The notes below the pieces were generated by a model that had not been told where the DNA came from, did no database searches, and was given only the letters and a program-made list of their open reading frames with translations. 64,000 nt of DNA from Gemmatimonadales bacterium. GTDB taxonomy: Bacteria > Gemmatimonadota > Gemmatimonadetes > Gemmatimonadales > GWC2-71-9. Shown here in pieces: positions 10,178 through 19,560 of this stretch (position 1 is the stretch's first letter; each line of letters starts with the position of its first letter). The position numbers and the translations under genes were made by a program. The stretch spans positions 13,085-77,084 of the forward strand of contig DASYCE010000016.1 in assembly GCA_036500345.1 (NCBI GenBank). Reading direction: 5' to 3'.

Positions 10178-10227
10178 ATCGTTGGACAACGTCCTCCATT
10201 GAACCGATCGCGCTAGCGCGATGACTA

Positions 10228-11340
10228 TTACTTGTGCGCCCCGAGTGGGGTAGGCAGGAGATATTCGACTATCCCGGGCGACGGATCGATGCGGACGATG
10301 AACAGCATGCGATCGTCGGGATCGACCGTGAGATCAAATGCTTCCGCCCCCAACCCCAGCACACGTTCGAGCTTCCCTGTGGGGCTATATACCTCGACAT
10401 GGGACCCGGCCGCAGGCGAGGCCACGGTGGAGTCATCGTTTCGGTGCCCGGAGAACAGCGCGTAGATGTGTGACGCGGTCGTCTTGACACTCCGGACGCC
10501 GTTGTACGATTGGTTCGTCACCGTTGCCACCCGGCCGGCCTTGCCGACTTCCTTGAGCACCGGATCAAACGCGAAGGGCCGATCGACGCCGCCGGTCCGC
10601 TGGCCCTGGAGATTGAAGAAGTCGATTCGATCGCTGTAATGACTGAACAGCAAGAGACGGTTGCCGCCGTGATCGACCGCCATCTGGAATGCATATCCAT
10701 TCTGCCGGCCTTCGATCGAGAGCTTCGGATCGCCGTAGTCAAAGGTGCCGAGCACTCCTTCGTTCTTCCCGTTCTTGTTGAACACGATCAAGAGGCCGCC
10801 GGGGATGTCTCCCGTGCTCACCAAACGCCCGTCGGCGACCCATTGCGGCCGCTCCAGGTTGGTCGCTCCACCCTGGAGTTGGAAGAGGAGCGACGGCTTG
10901 AACGCATTGGTCGCGAAGTCCTGCGATAACACCACTCTTGTCATGCGGAGCAGCTGGGTATCGAAGATCCAGAACGCGCCGCCTCGCGGATCGGGAACCA
11001 GCGTCTTCCACGGCCCGGTGAATTCACCCGGGCCGCTGCCGCGCCGGCCGAAGGTCCGCACCACGCCACCGCGCACCGCGTCAAACACCGCGATCATGTT
11101 GTCTGACTTGCGATCGATGACGACGAGCTTTCCGCTGACCCAATCAATGGCGGTCGGAATAGCCAACTCCGCCGACTGCATGAGCTCCTTCCCCACCAGC
11201 GTGGTCACCGGGACCGGAAAGCGGTTGAGTACCGGGGGTGGCTTATACGCCTGTGCATGGACGGTGCATACGGGCGCGGCGGCCGTGAGCCCGGCCACCA
11301 GACGCGCAACATCGAAGCGGGGGAGCTTCACCTGCAACAT
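10228..11340 (-). CDS. secreted 6-bladed beta-propeller protein (BF3164/TolB-like)
   Basis: Signal peptide, FGRRGSGPGEF motif, repeated blade patterns. Confidence 0.75.
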   Translation of the reverse strand: MLQVKLPRFDVARLVAGLTAAAPVCTVHAQAYKPPPVLNRFPVPVTTLVGKELMQSAELAIPTAIDWVSGKLVVIDRKSDNMIAVFDAVRGGVVRTFGRRGSGPGEFTGPWKTLVPDPRGGAFWIFDTQLLRMTRVVLSQDFATNAFKPSLLFQLQGGATNLERPQWVADGRLVSTGDIPGGLLIVFNKNGKNEGVLGTFDYGDPKLSIEGRQNGYAFQMAVDHGGNRLLLFSHYSDRIDFFNLQGQRTGGVDRPFAFDPVLKEVGKAGRVATVTNQSYNGVRSVKTTASHIYALFSGHRNDDSTVASPAAGSHVEVYSPTGKLERVLGLGAEAFDLTVDPDDRMLFIVRIDPSPGIVEYLLPTPLGAHK

Positions 11341-11496
11341 GGCGACTCGATTGTCTGGAGTGATTACCGCCTAAGCGTAGCACCAGCTGGCAATGCACGG
11401 AACCAGGAAAACCCCTGGTCGAGGTCTCTTGGTTTGTCCGGATCCGTGGCAGGCGGTGAGCCCTTAGATTTCTCCCTGTCTCGTACCGGAGTCGTT

Positions 11497-12231
11497 GTGG
11501 CGAATCCCGTTCTTTCCCGCGCTGGTTTTGCCGATGCGCACGCGGCGGCAAACGAAACCCCGATGACGCTCGCGGGGACGATCAGCAAGACGGCAATGCT
11601 GATGGTCCTCTGCGCCTTTGCCGCGGGCGGCGTCTGGGCCACGTCAAGCACCATCGGTCCGTCGATCGGCACCGCGCTCACGATTGCGGCTGTCGCCGGG
11701 TTCGCGCTGGCGATCGGAACGACGTTCATGCCGCGCTGGGCTCCGATCACCGCCCCGCTCTACGCTCTGGTCGAAGGGGTGCTCTTGGGCGGCGTGACGC
11801 TGCTGATCAACGCGCGCTACGCCGGCCTGCCGCTGATGGCGCTGGGACTCACCATCCTCGCCGGCGGCACGATGCTCGGCCTCTACGCCACGCGCGTGGT
11901 GCGGGTGACGCAGCGGATGCGGGCGATCGTGACCGGCGCGATCGTCGCGATCGTGCTCTACTATGTGGTGGCGATGGTGCTGGGATTCTTCCACGTCCAG
12001 ATGCCGCTGCTGCAGGGGAGCGGCTGGCTGAGCATCGGCTTCTCGCTGCTGGTCTGCGGTGTGGCGACGATGTCGTTCCTCCTCGATTTCGACATGGTCG
12101 AGCGGGCGGTGAACAATCGCGCGCCGCACTACTTCGAGTGGTACGGTGCGTTCGGGATCCTGGTGACGTTCATCTGGTTGTATTTCGAGGTGCTGCGGCT
12201 GCTGATGGAGTTGAGCGGGCGGAGGCGGTAG
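11497..12231 (+). CDS. Bax inhibitor-1/YccA family membrane protein
   Basis: NPVL start, MTLAGTISKT, LLDFDMVE, EWYGAFGILVTFIWLYFEVLRLL. Confidence 0.9.
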   Translation: MANPVLSRAGFADAHAAANETPMTLAGTISKTAMLMVLCAFAAGGVWATSSTIGPSIGTALTIAAVAGFALAIGTTFMPRWAPITAPLYALVEGVLLGGVTLLINARYAGLPLMALGLTILAGGTMLGLYATRVVRVTQRMRAIVTGAIVAIVLYYVVAMVLGFFHVQMPLLQGSGWLSIGFSLLVCGVATMSFLLDFDMVERAVNNRAPHYFEWYGAFGILVTFIWLYFEVLRLLMELSGRRR

Positions 12232-12287
12232 GGGGGGAAAGCTGATAGAGGTCCGGTCGCCGCCCGCGTGGGCGGTCTGGACCTAGG

Positions 12288-12659
12288 TTAGGCCAAATCA
12301 CGGCCCGATCGCTTTCGTCTCAGCGGACGTTCAGGCAATACGGCGACTCCGACAATAATTGCACCATCGATGAATGTCCCGGTCGAGTGATGATCTTGGG
12401 CGAACTGAATGGCGCTTAGTCCGAACCAAAGAACGGCAGTCATCGCCACGAGCCCTCGCGCATTCGTTTTGCACCTCCCGGTCAGTAAAAGGTCGTCCAG
12501 GTTTCGAATTGCCGACACAGAGCCGGCGAACAACCCGATCGCGATGATCGAAACGAGTGACGCAAACCGGGCCGATGCTGGGGAAAACAGGTCGACTGCC
12601 CAAGCAATCACGCAAAAGACTGCCGCGCGTGCGACGACTGACACAAGGAACAACGACAT
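12288..12659 (-). CDS. hypothetical 4-TM membrane protein
   Basis: 123-aa hydrophobic ORF with basic tail. Confidence 0.55.
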   Translation of the reverse strand: MSLFLVSVVARAAVFCVIAWAVDLFSPASARFASLVSIIAIGLFAGSVSAIRNLDDLLLTGRCKTNARGLVAMTAVLWFGLSAIQFAQDHHSTGTFIDGAIIVGVAVLPERPLRRKRSGRDLA

Positions 12660-12726
12660 AGTGAGTCCGCGGTTGGGGCGGGGCCCCCGCCGCGCCGGAT
12701 GCGCGGCGAGGGCGCTAGACTTAATA

Positions 12727-13377
12727 CTAGTCGTGCCGGATGGCAGCTTTCCCAGTATGGGTGTGGCCTGAATTCAAAAGCAGTCCCGCTACGGAATCGA
12801 CCAGGATATCGTAGATGACCTCCTGTGACGCTTCGATCCCCATGCTTAGTAGCGTTTGCTGCTCCTCGCCGGCGAAGGACCATAGGTCTTGCTCCGCAGC
12901 GTTCATCCATTTCTGGACTGTCTTGTTGACTATCGCGACGATCGCCCCGTGAATGATATGTGCACACCAGCCGCACGCGAGCATGTTCCCCGTTGCGCCT
13001 TGAGAGAAAACGCAAGTACCCATTGTCGCGACGAAATCGAATTCGGGGGATCCGCCGGAGGCATATAGATTCCAGACGGTAGTTTGAACGTACGGCCGCA
13101 GCGCATCATCAATCGACGTAAGATTGGGAATCGCGGCGGCAACCGTGGTATCTTGGGTGAAATTCGCCATGTCGGCATACGTTGCTGTCCATCCATCGGA
13201 TATTGCCGTGGAGACGTCTACGTTGGTGTCGGCGACTTGTTCAGCCACGTCGAGCAGTGTGGCAATTGTCGCAGTAGTGTCGTTCGAACTGTGCGGCGGT
13301 TGTTGCGCCGACGACGTCTCGACAGTGGTGATCAGCAGCGCGAGGCCACATGTCGCACGGAGCATGAGTCGTTTCAT
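12727..13377 (-). CDS. hypothetical secreted protein
   Basis: RBS GGAG, signal peptide MKRLMLRATCGLALL...SSA; visibly lower GC. Confidence 0.65.
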   Translation of the reverse strand: MKRLMLRATCGLALLITTVETSSAQQPPHSSNDTTATIATLLDVAEQVADTNVDVSTAISDGWTATYADMANFTQDTTVAAAIPNLTSIDDALRPYVQTTVWNLYASGGSPEFDFVATMGTCVFSQGATGNMLACGWCAHIIHGAIVAIVNKTVQKWMNAAEQDLWSFAGEEQQTLLSMGIEASQEVIYDILVDSVAGLLLNSGHTHTGKAAIRHD

Positions 13378-13424
13378 CGAAGAATCTCCAAGTCTGCGCC
13401 CCGGAATGCAGTGGCGCGCCAAGA

Positions 13425-13766
13425 CTAACCCCGCTTCGGGATCGACGCCCCGATCAGCCCGCCGACAAGACTGAAGACGACTGCCGGTACAAAGATGAGC
13501 GCCGCCGAATCGGAGCAATTGCCCGAGTCGCAGCTGCGCTTGGCGTATTCGTCGAGAAGAAACCCACCGACAAGACCGACCGCCGCGCCGTAGAGCATTC
13601 CCTCTTTCCAGTGCGTTGGCCGGGAATCGACGACAAAGGTCGAGTGCTTCGGCGGCGGCGAGCGCTCGGCGCGAGCGGTGAGACCAACGCGTGACGGCCC
13701 CTGCGCGACGGCGGGATGTGCGCTGGCGCAGAGAAGAACGATCCCCAATAACAGAGTCGAGCGCAT
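13425..13766 (-). CDS. small secreted glycine-zipper protein (paralog of 24704 and 25059)
   Basis: RBS AGGAGA; MRSTLLLG...AQGPSRVGLTAR...HWKEGMLYGAAVG...GGLIGASI. Confidence 0.75.
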   Translation of the reverse strand: MRSTLLLGIVLLCASAHPAVAQGPSRVGLTARAERSPPPKHSTFVVDSRPTHWKEGMLYGAAVGLVGGFLLDEYAKRSCDSGNCSDSAALIFVPAVVFSLVGGLIGASIPKRG

Positions 13767-13968
13767 GTCACATCTCCTGTTTGAAGTATCCAGAGGCTGT
13801 GCCGGCCGATGCAATTGCCTTAGCGGAGGCTTCGTACTGATTCGAAACGCCGGGAGAAAGTCCCCATGGGAATAAGATGGGCGAAGTTCCGGAATTGTCG
13901 ACAGGGAGGTCAAGTGATTGGGGTTGCGGTGGTTGCGGGCTCCATGCGCGAGCCCATACGGAGCCAGA

Positions 13969-14682
13969 ATGACGTTTCGCGCTGGCGATACGAGCCCGAA
14001 TCGGGATGCAGTCGACGTGAAGCGGGACGATACGAGCTCGAATCGGGATGCAGTGAACGTGAAGACCAATGCAAAGCACGTGAAGAGCCGTGATACGAGC
14101 CCGAATCGGGATGCAGTCGACGTGAACCGGGATGATACGAACCCGAATCGAGATGCAGTCGACGCGAAGGCGATCGAAGAGGGCGCGCAGAGCCGTGATA
14201 CGAGGGCGCATCGAGATGCAATGAGCCCGAAGACGATCGAAGAGCACGTGAAGAGCCGTGATACGAGCCCGAATCGAGATGCAATGAGCACGAAGACGAT
14301 CGAAGAGCACGCGAAGCCCGATGATACGAGCCCGAATCGAGATGCAGTCGACGTGAAGGCGATCGAAGAAGACGCGAAGCCCGATGATAAGCGCCCGAAT
14401 CGAGATGCAATGGACGTGAAGACGATCGAAGAGGACGCGAAGCGCCGTGATACGAGCCCGAATCGAGATGCAATGGGCGCGAAGACGATCGAAGAAGACG
14501 CGAAGAGCCTTGATAAGGTCCCGAATCGAGATGCAGTCGACGCGAAGCCAATCGAAGAGCACGCGAAGAGCGATGATATCGGCTTAGCGGCCGATGAAGT
14601 GATCGCGAGGCGAGACGATAAGGACCCGATGAGGAATGAGAAGGTGGCGCAGAGGGATGAGAAGCTCGCGAAGAGAGTTTAG
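13969..14682 (+). CDS. possible hydrophilic repeat protein (RDTSPNRDAMDVKTIEEHAK units)
   Basis: GGAG before ATG 13969; some repeat variation is synonymous in this frame (CGG/CGA, GAG/GAA). Confidence 0.35.
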   Translation: MTFRAGDTSPNRDAVDVKRDDTSSNRDAVNVKTNAKHVKSRDTSPNRDAVDVNRDDTNPNRDAVDAKAIEEGAQSRDTRAHRDAMSPKTIEEHVKSRDTSPNRDAMSTKTIEEHAKPDDTSPNRDAVDVKAIEEDAKPDDKRPNRDAMDVKTIEEDAKRRDTSPNRDAMGAKTIEEDAKSLDKVPNRDAVDAKPIEEHAKSDDIGLAADEVIARRDDKDPMRNEKVAQRDEKLAKRV

Positions 14683-14725
14683 AAGCTCGCGAAGAGAGTT
14701 TAGAAGCTCGCGCAGAGGGATGAGA
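13987..14725. repeat. degenerate tandem repeat with 21-bp period (42/63-bp higher-order units)
   Basis: About 10 copies of GATACGAGCCCGAATCGAGATGCA spaced 42 or 63 bp apart; ends with tandem AGAAGCTCGCGAAGAGAGTTT copies. Confidence 0.95.
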
Positions 14726-14731
14726 AACCCC

Positions 14732-16153
14732 CTACCCCCCGCACCCCGGCCCCCGATAAAGCTCAATCGTCGTCCTCCGGGCGTTCGACCCCGGATTGAT
14801 CCTGATCACCAGCTGCTCCAGCAGTCCCGGCCGAAACTCGGCCACCTTCTCACCCTTTGCATTCAGTTCTGCCACGCTTGTCTTGAACGCCTGCCGCACC
14901 GCAATCGCCGTATTGCAGGTCATCGGCATTCCGGCCAGATCGCTCGCTGCGACACTCGTGTCCGCCGGTGGCCGCAGCGTGTAGGCACTCGGGTAGAGAA
15001 CCAGCGTTTCGTCGACTCCCACCACGCGGGTGATCTCTGGGTGCCGGCCAAGGTACAGAACCAGCCCGATGGTGTTGCGCTGCTCCACGGTGAACGACGT
15101 GATCACCAGAAGCACTGCGTTGATCGCCAGGAAATAGACGGTGCGCCACCGGCTCTTCTGCCAGATGTAGTGCGCCAGCGGCACGAGGCAGATGAGGAAG
15201 ACCGGGACGATCGGCACCATGAAACGGTCTTCCTTGTGCGGCACCGCCGAATGGGCGACGAGGAAGACGGCAAAGAAGAGGAGCGCCGGAAGAAGCGGGC
15301 GATACTCCTCGCGCCAGCGAAGTCCCCGGTAACGAAGCCAGAACGCCGGCGGGATGGTGATCGCGAGAAAGAGGGTGACGAACGAATAGAACGGATGCAC
15401 GCCGTACGACGACGAGTAGTGGACGTTGTAGTCGACGTAGGCGCGGAGCGAGGCGTAGAACGAGCCGCGGAGCCAGAGGTCGATCAGCCCGGGGATCATG
15501 AACGCCACGGCGCTGCTCGCCAGAAGCACCCAGCTGTCGCGCCATTGCCGCCGCAGCACGAAGACCGCGACGATCGCGGCGTAGCAGACGCCGACCTGGA
15601 AGCGGAAGGTTGCGGCAACCATCAGCGCGAAGACCGACAGCGCCAGCGACGACCGCCGTCCCCGGAGCCAGTAGTCGGTCGTGAACCAGGCGCTCGCGGC
15701 GACGAACGGCGCGGCGAGCGACTCGATCAGCGTACGCGAGAAGAAATACGGCGCCAGCCAGAAGAAGGAGATCAGACAGAGCGCCACGATCTCCTTGTTG
15801 CCGTCGCGCTCGTCGCGGAAATGGCGGCGCGCGACGGTGGAGAGCACAGCGAACGAGAAGATGGCGAGGACGATCAGGACGAAGCGGTATTGCGCGACCG
15901 GGTCGGTGAGGCCGAGGTGGAGCGCCGTTCGCGAGAGTGTGAGGAGGACGAGCGAAGGAACCGGCGAGCGGATCCCGGCTCCGGCGATGATTTGCGTGGC
16001 GCTCTGGAATTGCGCCGGAATGATTTGCGCCACGATTTCGTGATAGTCGTCGAGCGCCACGATGCCGATATTGACGCAGGCGGTGGAGACGTAGAGGACG
16101 AGTCCGCCGATCGACAGGAGGAGGATCAGGAATCGGCGGCGGTCGGCAGGCAT
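14732..16153 (-). CDS. GT-C membrane glycosyltransferase (Alg9/PIG-B-like mannosyltransferase)
   Basis: DD in first loop, SRTLIES, HSAVPHKEDRFMVP motif, many TM helices. Confidence 0.8.
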   Translation of the reverse strand: MPADRRRFLILLLSIGGLVLYVSTACVNIGIVALDDYHEIVAQIIPAQFQSATQIIAGAGIRSPVPSLVLLTLSRTALHLGLTDPVAQYRFVLIVLAIFSFAVLSTVARRHFRDERDGNKEIVALCLISFFWLAPYFFSRTLIESLAAPFVAASAWFTTDYWLRGRRSSLALSVFALMVAATFRFQVGVCYAAIVAVFVLRRQWRDSWVLLASSAVAFMIPGLIDLWLRGSFYASLRAYVDYNVHYSSSYGVHPFYSFVTLFLAITIPPAFWLRYRGLRWREEYRPLLPALLFFAVFLVAHSAVPHKEDRFMVPIVPVFLICLVPLAHYIWQKSRWRTVYFLAINAVLLVITSFTVEQRNTIGLVLYLGRHPEITRVVGVDETLVLYPSAYTLRPPADTSVAASDLAGMPMTCNTAIAVRQAFKTSVAELNAKGEKVAEFRPGLLEQLVIRINPGSNARRTTIELYRGPGCGG

Positions 16154-16170
16154 CGAACGGGAAAGGTACC

Positions 16171-16235
16171 TGCGGAGATTACCCTTGCTGTTGCGGTGAA
16201 TAACTGCCATAATCTCCGCAGGAGGTGCGGAGAAT
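16171..16235. promoter_or_regulatory. four TGCGG(A/T)GA(A/T)T boxes upstream of fic (putative operator)
   Basis: Boxes at 16171-16180, 16192-16201, 16211-16220 (inverted) and 16226-16235. Confidence 0.6.
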
Positions 16236-17346
16236 GGCCTATATCCATCAACAAGAGCGGTGGCCGGAATTCAGCTGGAGGGGCGATCTCCTCGCCCATC
16301 CGCTGGCGCAGGTGCGCCACAAGCAGGGGCGCCTCTTCGGCCGGATGGAAGCGCTGGGGTTCACTCTCCGCGGCGAGGCGGAACTCGCGACCCTGACCCA
16401 GGATGTCGTCAAGTCGAGCGAGATCGAAGGCGAAATACTCGATCAGGAGCAGGTCCGCTCGTCGATTGCCCGCCGTCTCGGCATCGATGCCGGGACGCTC
16501 ACCCCTGCCGACCGCCAGGTGGAAGGGGTGGTCGAAATGATGCTCGACGCGACCCAGCATTACGACGAGCCGCTCACTGCGGAGCGCCTGTTCGCCTGGC
16601 ACTCGGCGCTATTTCCCACTGCCCGGAGCGGGATGCGAAATATCCGGGCCGGAAAGTGGCGCGATGATCACGACGGCCCGATGCAGGTCGTCTCGGGTCC
16701 GATGGGCCGCGAACGGGTTCACTTCGAAGCCCCGCCTGCCGAACAACTCGAGTCGGCAATGTCGAAATTCCTGGAATGGTTCAACGGCGACGGGGAGATC
16801 GATCCGGTCCTGAAAGCGGCGCTCGCCCATTTCTGGTTCGTGACGGTGCATCCGTTCGATGACGGCAATGGAAGAATTGCGCGCGCGATTACCGACATGG
16901 CGCTGGCACGATCGGAGCGGAGCCCGCGGCGATTCTATAGCATGTCGGCGCAGATCGGGCTGGAGCGCGCGAGCTATTACCGCGTACTCGAATCGACGCA
17001 GAAGGGAGATCTGGACGTCACCGAGTGGATGCTCTGGTTCCTGGGATGTCTCGACCGTGCCATCGACGGCGCCGAGATCACGCTGGCGAGGGTGCTGGGC
17101 GCGGCGCGGTTCTGGGAACGGGTGGAACGGCACACGCTGAACGCGCGGCAGGTCGCCGTGCTCGACCGGTTGCTCATGGGGTTGGAAGGGAAACTGACCA
17201 CGTCGAAATGGGGAAAGCTGACGCAGACGTCGCCGGACACTGCGCTGCGTGACATTCGCGAGCTCATTGATCGCGGGATTCTGGCGCGGGACAGTAGCGG
17301 CGGGCGAAGTACGAGCTATTCGCTGGTGGTTGGCAGTCCCGATTGA
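16234..17346 (+). CDS. Fic family protein with DUF4172-type N-terminus and C-terminal HTH
   Basis: YIHQ..WP.F.W start, SSEIEGE inhibitory motif, HPFDDGNGRIAR Fic motif, GGRSTSY end. Confidence 0.93.
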   Translation: MAYIHQQERWPEFSWRGDLLAHPLAQVRHKQGRLFGRMEALGFTLRGEAELATLTQDVVKSSEIEGEILDQEQVRSSIARRLGIDAGTLTPADRQVEGVVEMMLDATQHYDEPLTAERLFAWHSALFPTARSGMRNIRAGKWRDDHDGPMQVVSGPMGRERVHFEAPPAEQLESAMSKFLEWFNGDGEIDPVLKAALAHFWFVTVHPFDDGNGRIARAITDMALARSERSPRRFYSMSAQIGLERASYYRVLESTQKGDLDVTEWMLWFLGCLDRAIDGAEITLARVLGAARFWERVERHTLNARQVAVLDRLLMGLEGKLTTSKWGKLTQTSPDTALRDIRELIDRGILARDSSGGRSTSYSLVVGSPD

Positions 17347-17362
17347 ATGTCGGTCCAGCCCG

Positions 17363-17728
17363 CTATGGCTTTTCGCGGGAAGAACGCTTCAATCGGCGCG
17401 CCGCGCGTCGCTCGCGGAGGGACTGTTGCAGTTCGCCGCTGCGGAGTGAGGCGTAGAGCCAGATTCCTCCCTGCAAGAACAAGCCGGCGACTGGTGCTAC
17501 AACAATCAGTGTGCGCGACCGGGTCCACCTGAATCCCCCAGGAAGCGAACTCAACAGTCCCCAGATGAGCGCCACCATCAGTGCCGAGCCGGCGACGACT
17601 CCCAGAATCTTGACGGCTCGCCCGATCGGGCGCCCCCGGGCAGCGGCGATCGTGTGCACCGCCAAGACCGCGATCAGCCAGAGCGGTACCAACACGATCG
17701 CCATCAGCACGAAATGATCTGGAGTCAT
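17363..17728 (-). CDS. hypothetical membrane protein
   Basis: Three hydrophobic segments. Confidence 0.5.
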   Translation of the reverse strand: MTPDHFVLMAIVLVPLWLIAVLAVHTIAAARGRPIGRAVKILGVVAGSALMVALIWGLLSSLPGGFRWTRSRTLIVVAPVAGLFLQGGIWLYASLRSGELQQSLRERRAARRLKRSSREKP

Positions 17729-17780
17729 CGGTGCTATGCCGCGCTGCAACAACAGAGCAAGGAGTCGGCTTGTCGAGTGG

Positions 17781-18197
17781 TCATGTCGGCGTCCTACCTC
17801 GCCGGTGCCACCAGTATCTCAGGATCTCAATGCCGATGAATACCGCGAGGCACGAGACGCCGTCGGTCAGCGGACGCAGTGACCCTCCATGACTCTGCGA
17901 GTATTGCGCGACCGCGATTCCCCACATTGCCAGCGCCGCCGCGAGTATCACTTCACCGATGAAGCGCGGTAGCCGCGACTTGCGGATCAGCAGTTCCATG
18001 TACCAATCCGCTGCGGCGACCGCGAAGCAGACCGCACAAAGGGTTGCAGTGGAATACCGCGCGGCGGGGTCCTCGCCGAACAGTTCGATCAGGCCGAATG
18101 CACATAACACCAGGACGGTAACGGATGCGAGGGATAGCGCCGACGCCTGCGGCGAGAGCGGCGCGTAGGGATCGACCGGGCGGCGGCGGAGGGTCAC
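17781..18197 (-). CDS. hypothetical membrane protein
   Basis: Four hydrophobic segments; overlaps the higA stop. Confidence 0.55.
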   Translation of the reverse strand: MTLRRRPVDPYAPLSPQASALSLASVTVLVLCAFGLIELFGEDPAARYSTATLCAVCFAVAAADWYMELLIRKSRLPRFIGEVILAAALAMWGIAVAQYSQSHGGSLRPLTDGVSCLAVFIGIEILRYWWHRRGRTPT

Positions 18198-18499
18198 GCC
18201 GCCGCGCGGCGATGCGGCGGGATGTAGCGTTTTACTCTGATCTTGCCTTCGAGCTTACGCGCTTCCGCAAGATCGTACGCGATCTGCATTGCCAACCACG
18301 TCTCCGCCTCCCCGCCGAACGCCTTGGTGATCCGGATCGCCATCTCAGGCGTCATCCCGGACTTGCCGGTCAGCAAGTTCGTCAACCCCTGGCGGCTTAC
18401 ACCGAGAACCTCGGCGCCTGCGGACACCGACAGATCAAGAGCCTCCAGGCACGCGCTTCGCACGAGACGGCCGGGATGGACGGGGTTCTTCATAGGCAT
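18194..18499 (-). CDS. higA: HigA family addiction module antitoxin
   Basis: MKNPVHPG...LGVSRQ.L..L..GK..MTPEMAIR..KAFG...ETWL.MQ..YDL. Confidence 0.93.
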   Translation of the reverse strand: MPMKNPVHPGRLVRSACLEALDLSVSAGAEVLGVSRQGLTNLLTGKSGMTPEMAIRITKAFGGEAETWLAMQIAYDLAEARKLEGKIRVKRYIPPHRRAAA

Positions 18500-18536
18500 C
18501 CTGCGCTCCTTCAGCGATAAATCAGCGTCCTGAAGG

Positions 18537-18565
18537 ACTGTAAAGTGTCACTTGTCACTTGTCAA
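18537..18565 (-). promoter_or_regulatory. sigma70-type promoter of higA
   Basis: TTGACA-17 bp-TACAGT on the minus strand; spacer built from TGACAAG-like direct repeats. Confidence 0.75.
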
Positions 18566-18591
18566 GTTCGGACTGCGCGTCGAGCCGCGAA

Positions 18592-19011
18592 TCACGCCGG
18601 CGCAATGAACCGCGCTCGCGATGCCACCACGCGAATCAGGACAACCGGCAGCACGTAGCAGTATCCGATGATCAGCGTGATCGGTGTGAGCCAGAGCAGC
18701 GTCGGGATGACCGAGAAGACGTTGCGAGGACCGGCGACCAACGCAATCAGCAGGAACCAGAGACCGACGAACGGGATGAGCAGCACCGGCGCGTAGTACA
18801 TCGCGCGCCGAACGGCGGCCTGAGTCTTTCCCGTCATCCAGGTCGAGAGGAGGAGCGCGAACATCAGGTACGGCAACATCAGCATCAGCGACGCGCCCAG
18901 CGTCATCGCCAGCTTGGGCGCCATGACCCGGACCGGTTCAACCCAAGCCAGTACCGGCGTGAGCATCGGCAGGAACAATGAGGCTCGGTAGTAGGTCGTT
19001 TCCGTGATCAT
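18592..19011 (-). CDS. hypothetical membrane protein
   Basis: Four TM segments; coupled to the upstream gene. Confidence 0.6.
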   Translation of the reverse strand: MITETTYYRASLFLPMLTPVLAWVEPVRVMAPKLAMTLGASLMLMLPYLMFALLLSTWMTGKTQAAVRRAMYYAPVLLIPFVGLWFLLIALVAGPRNVFSVIPTLLWLTPITLIIGYCYVLPVVLIRVVASRARFIAPA

Positions 19012-19364
19012 CGGACCAGGACGTCGCTGATCATCGCCGCTTCACGCCGCTGACGCCGCTCCTCGAGCGCACCGACGATGGTGGCAACCAGGACGTGACT
19101 GTACCAGCCGGCGATGCCGAGCTGAAAAAGGCCCCTTGCCCTTGACGACGGCCCCCAGCGCAGCGCCGCCGTCTCGCCGATTACGAGCGCGAGAATCGCC
19201 ACGATCGCAGACGCGTTGATGATCTTCTCACCGCGCTTCCCCTCGACGAGCCGGTACGCCCGAGCAGTGAGGAAACGCTTCCGGATCATGATGCCGAACG
19301 GCAGGAGAATCAGCCAGGTCAACACCCTGAAGATCTCGATGGCGGTCGGTACCGTGTGCGTCAT
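19008..19364 (-). CDS. hypothetical membrane protein
   Basis: Strong RBS GGAGG; three TM segments. Confidence 0.6.
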   Translation of the reverse strand: MTHTVPTAIEIFRVLTWLILLPFGIMIRKRFLTARAYRLVEGKRGEKIINASAIVAILALVIGETAALRWGPSSRARGLFQLGIAGWYSHVLVATIVGALEERRQRREAAMISDVLVR

Positions 19365-19560
19365 TGCCTCCCTCCTTTCACTCCCTGTCCCCCTGCGACG
19401 TTATTCTCAGCGCCGCTGTTCCGCAATGCGTCTCGCCCCCGGGCCAAGCCGGATCGGCCGGGTCAAACGCGGTCAATCCACCCTATTGTCGAAATCCGCC
19501 GCTCCCGTTCGTTGCATTGATGTACCGGTGCCTCCGGCACCCCAACCAGGGAGTCTCACC

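Noticed and set aside
12249..12293. Integron attC site (GCCTAAC overlapping a stop codon, followed by a hairpin)
   Set aside because: No matching GTTRRRY at the far end, no similar sites after neighbouring genes and no integrase; more likely a terminator hairpin.
13987..14725. CRISPR array
   Set aside because: Inter-repeat segments are homologous to each other, unit lengths are multiples of 21 bp, and there are no cas genes.
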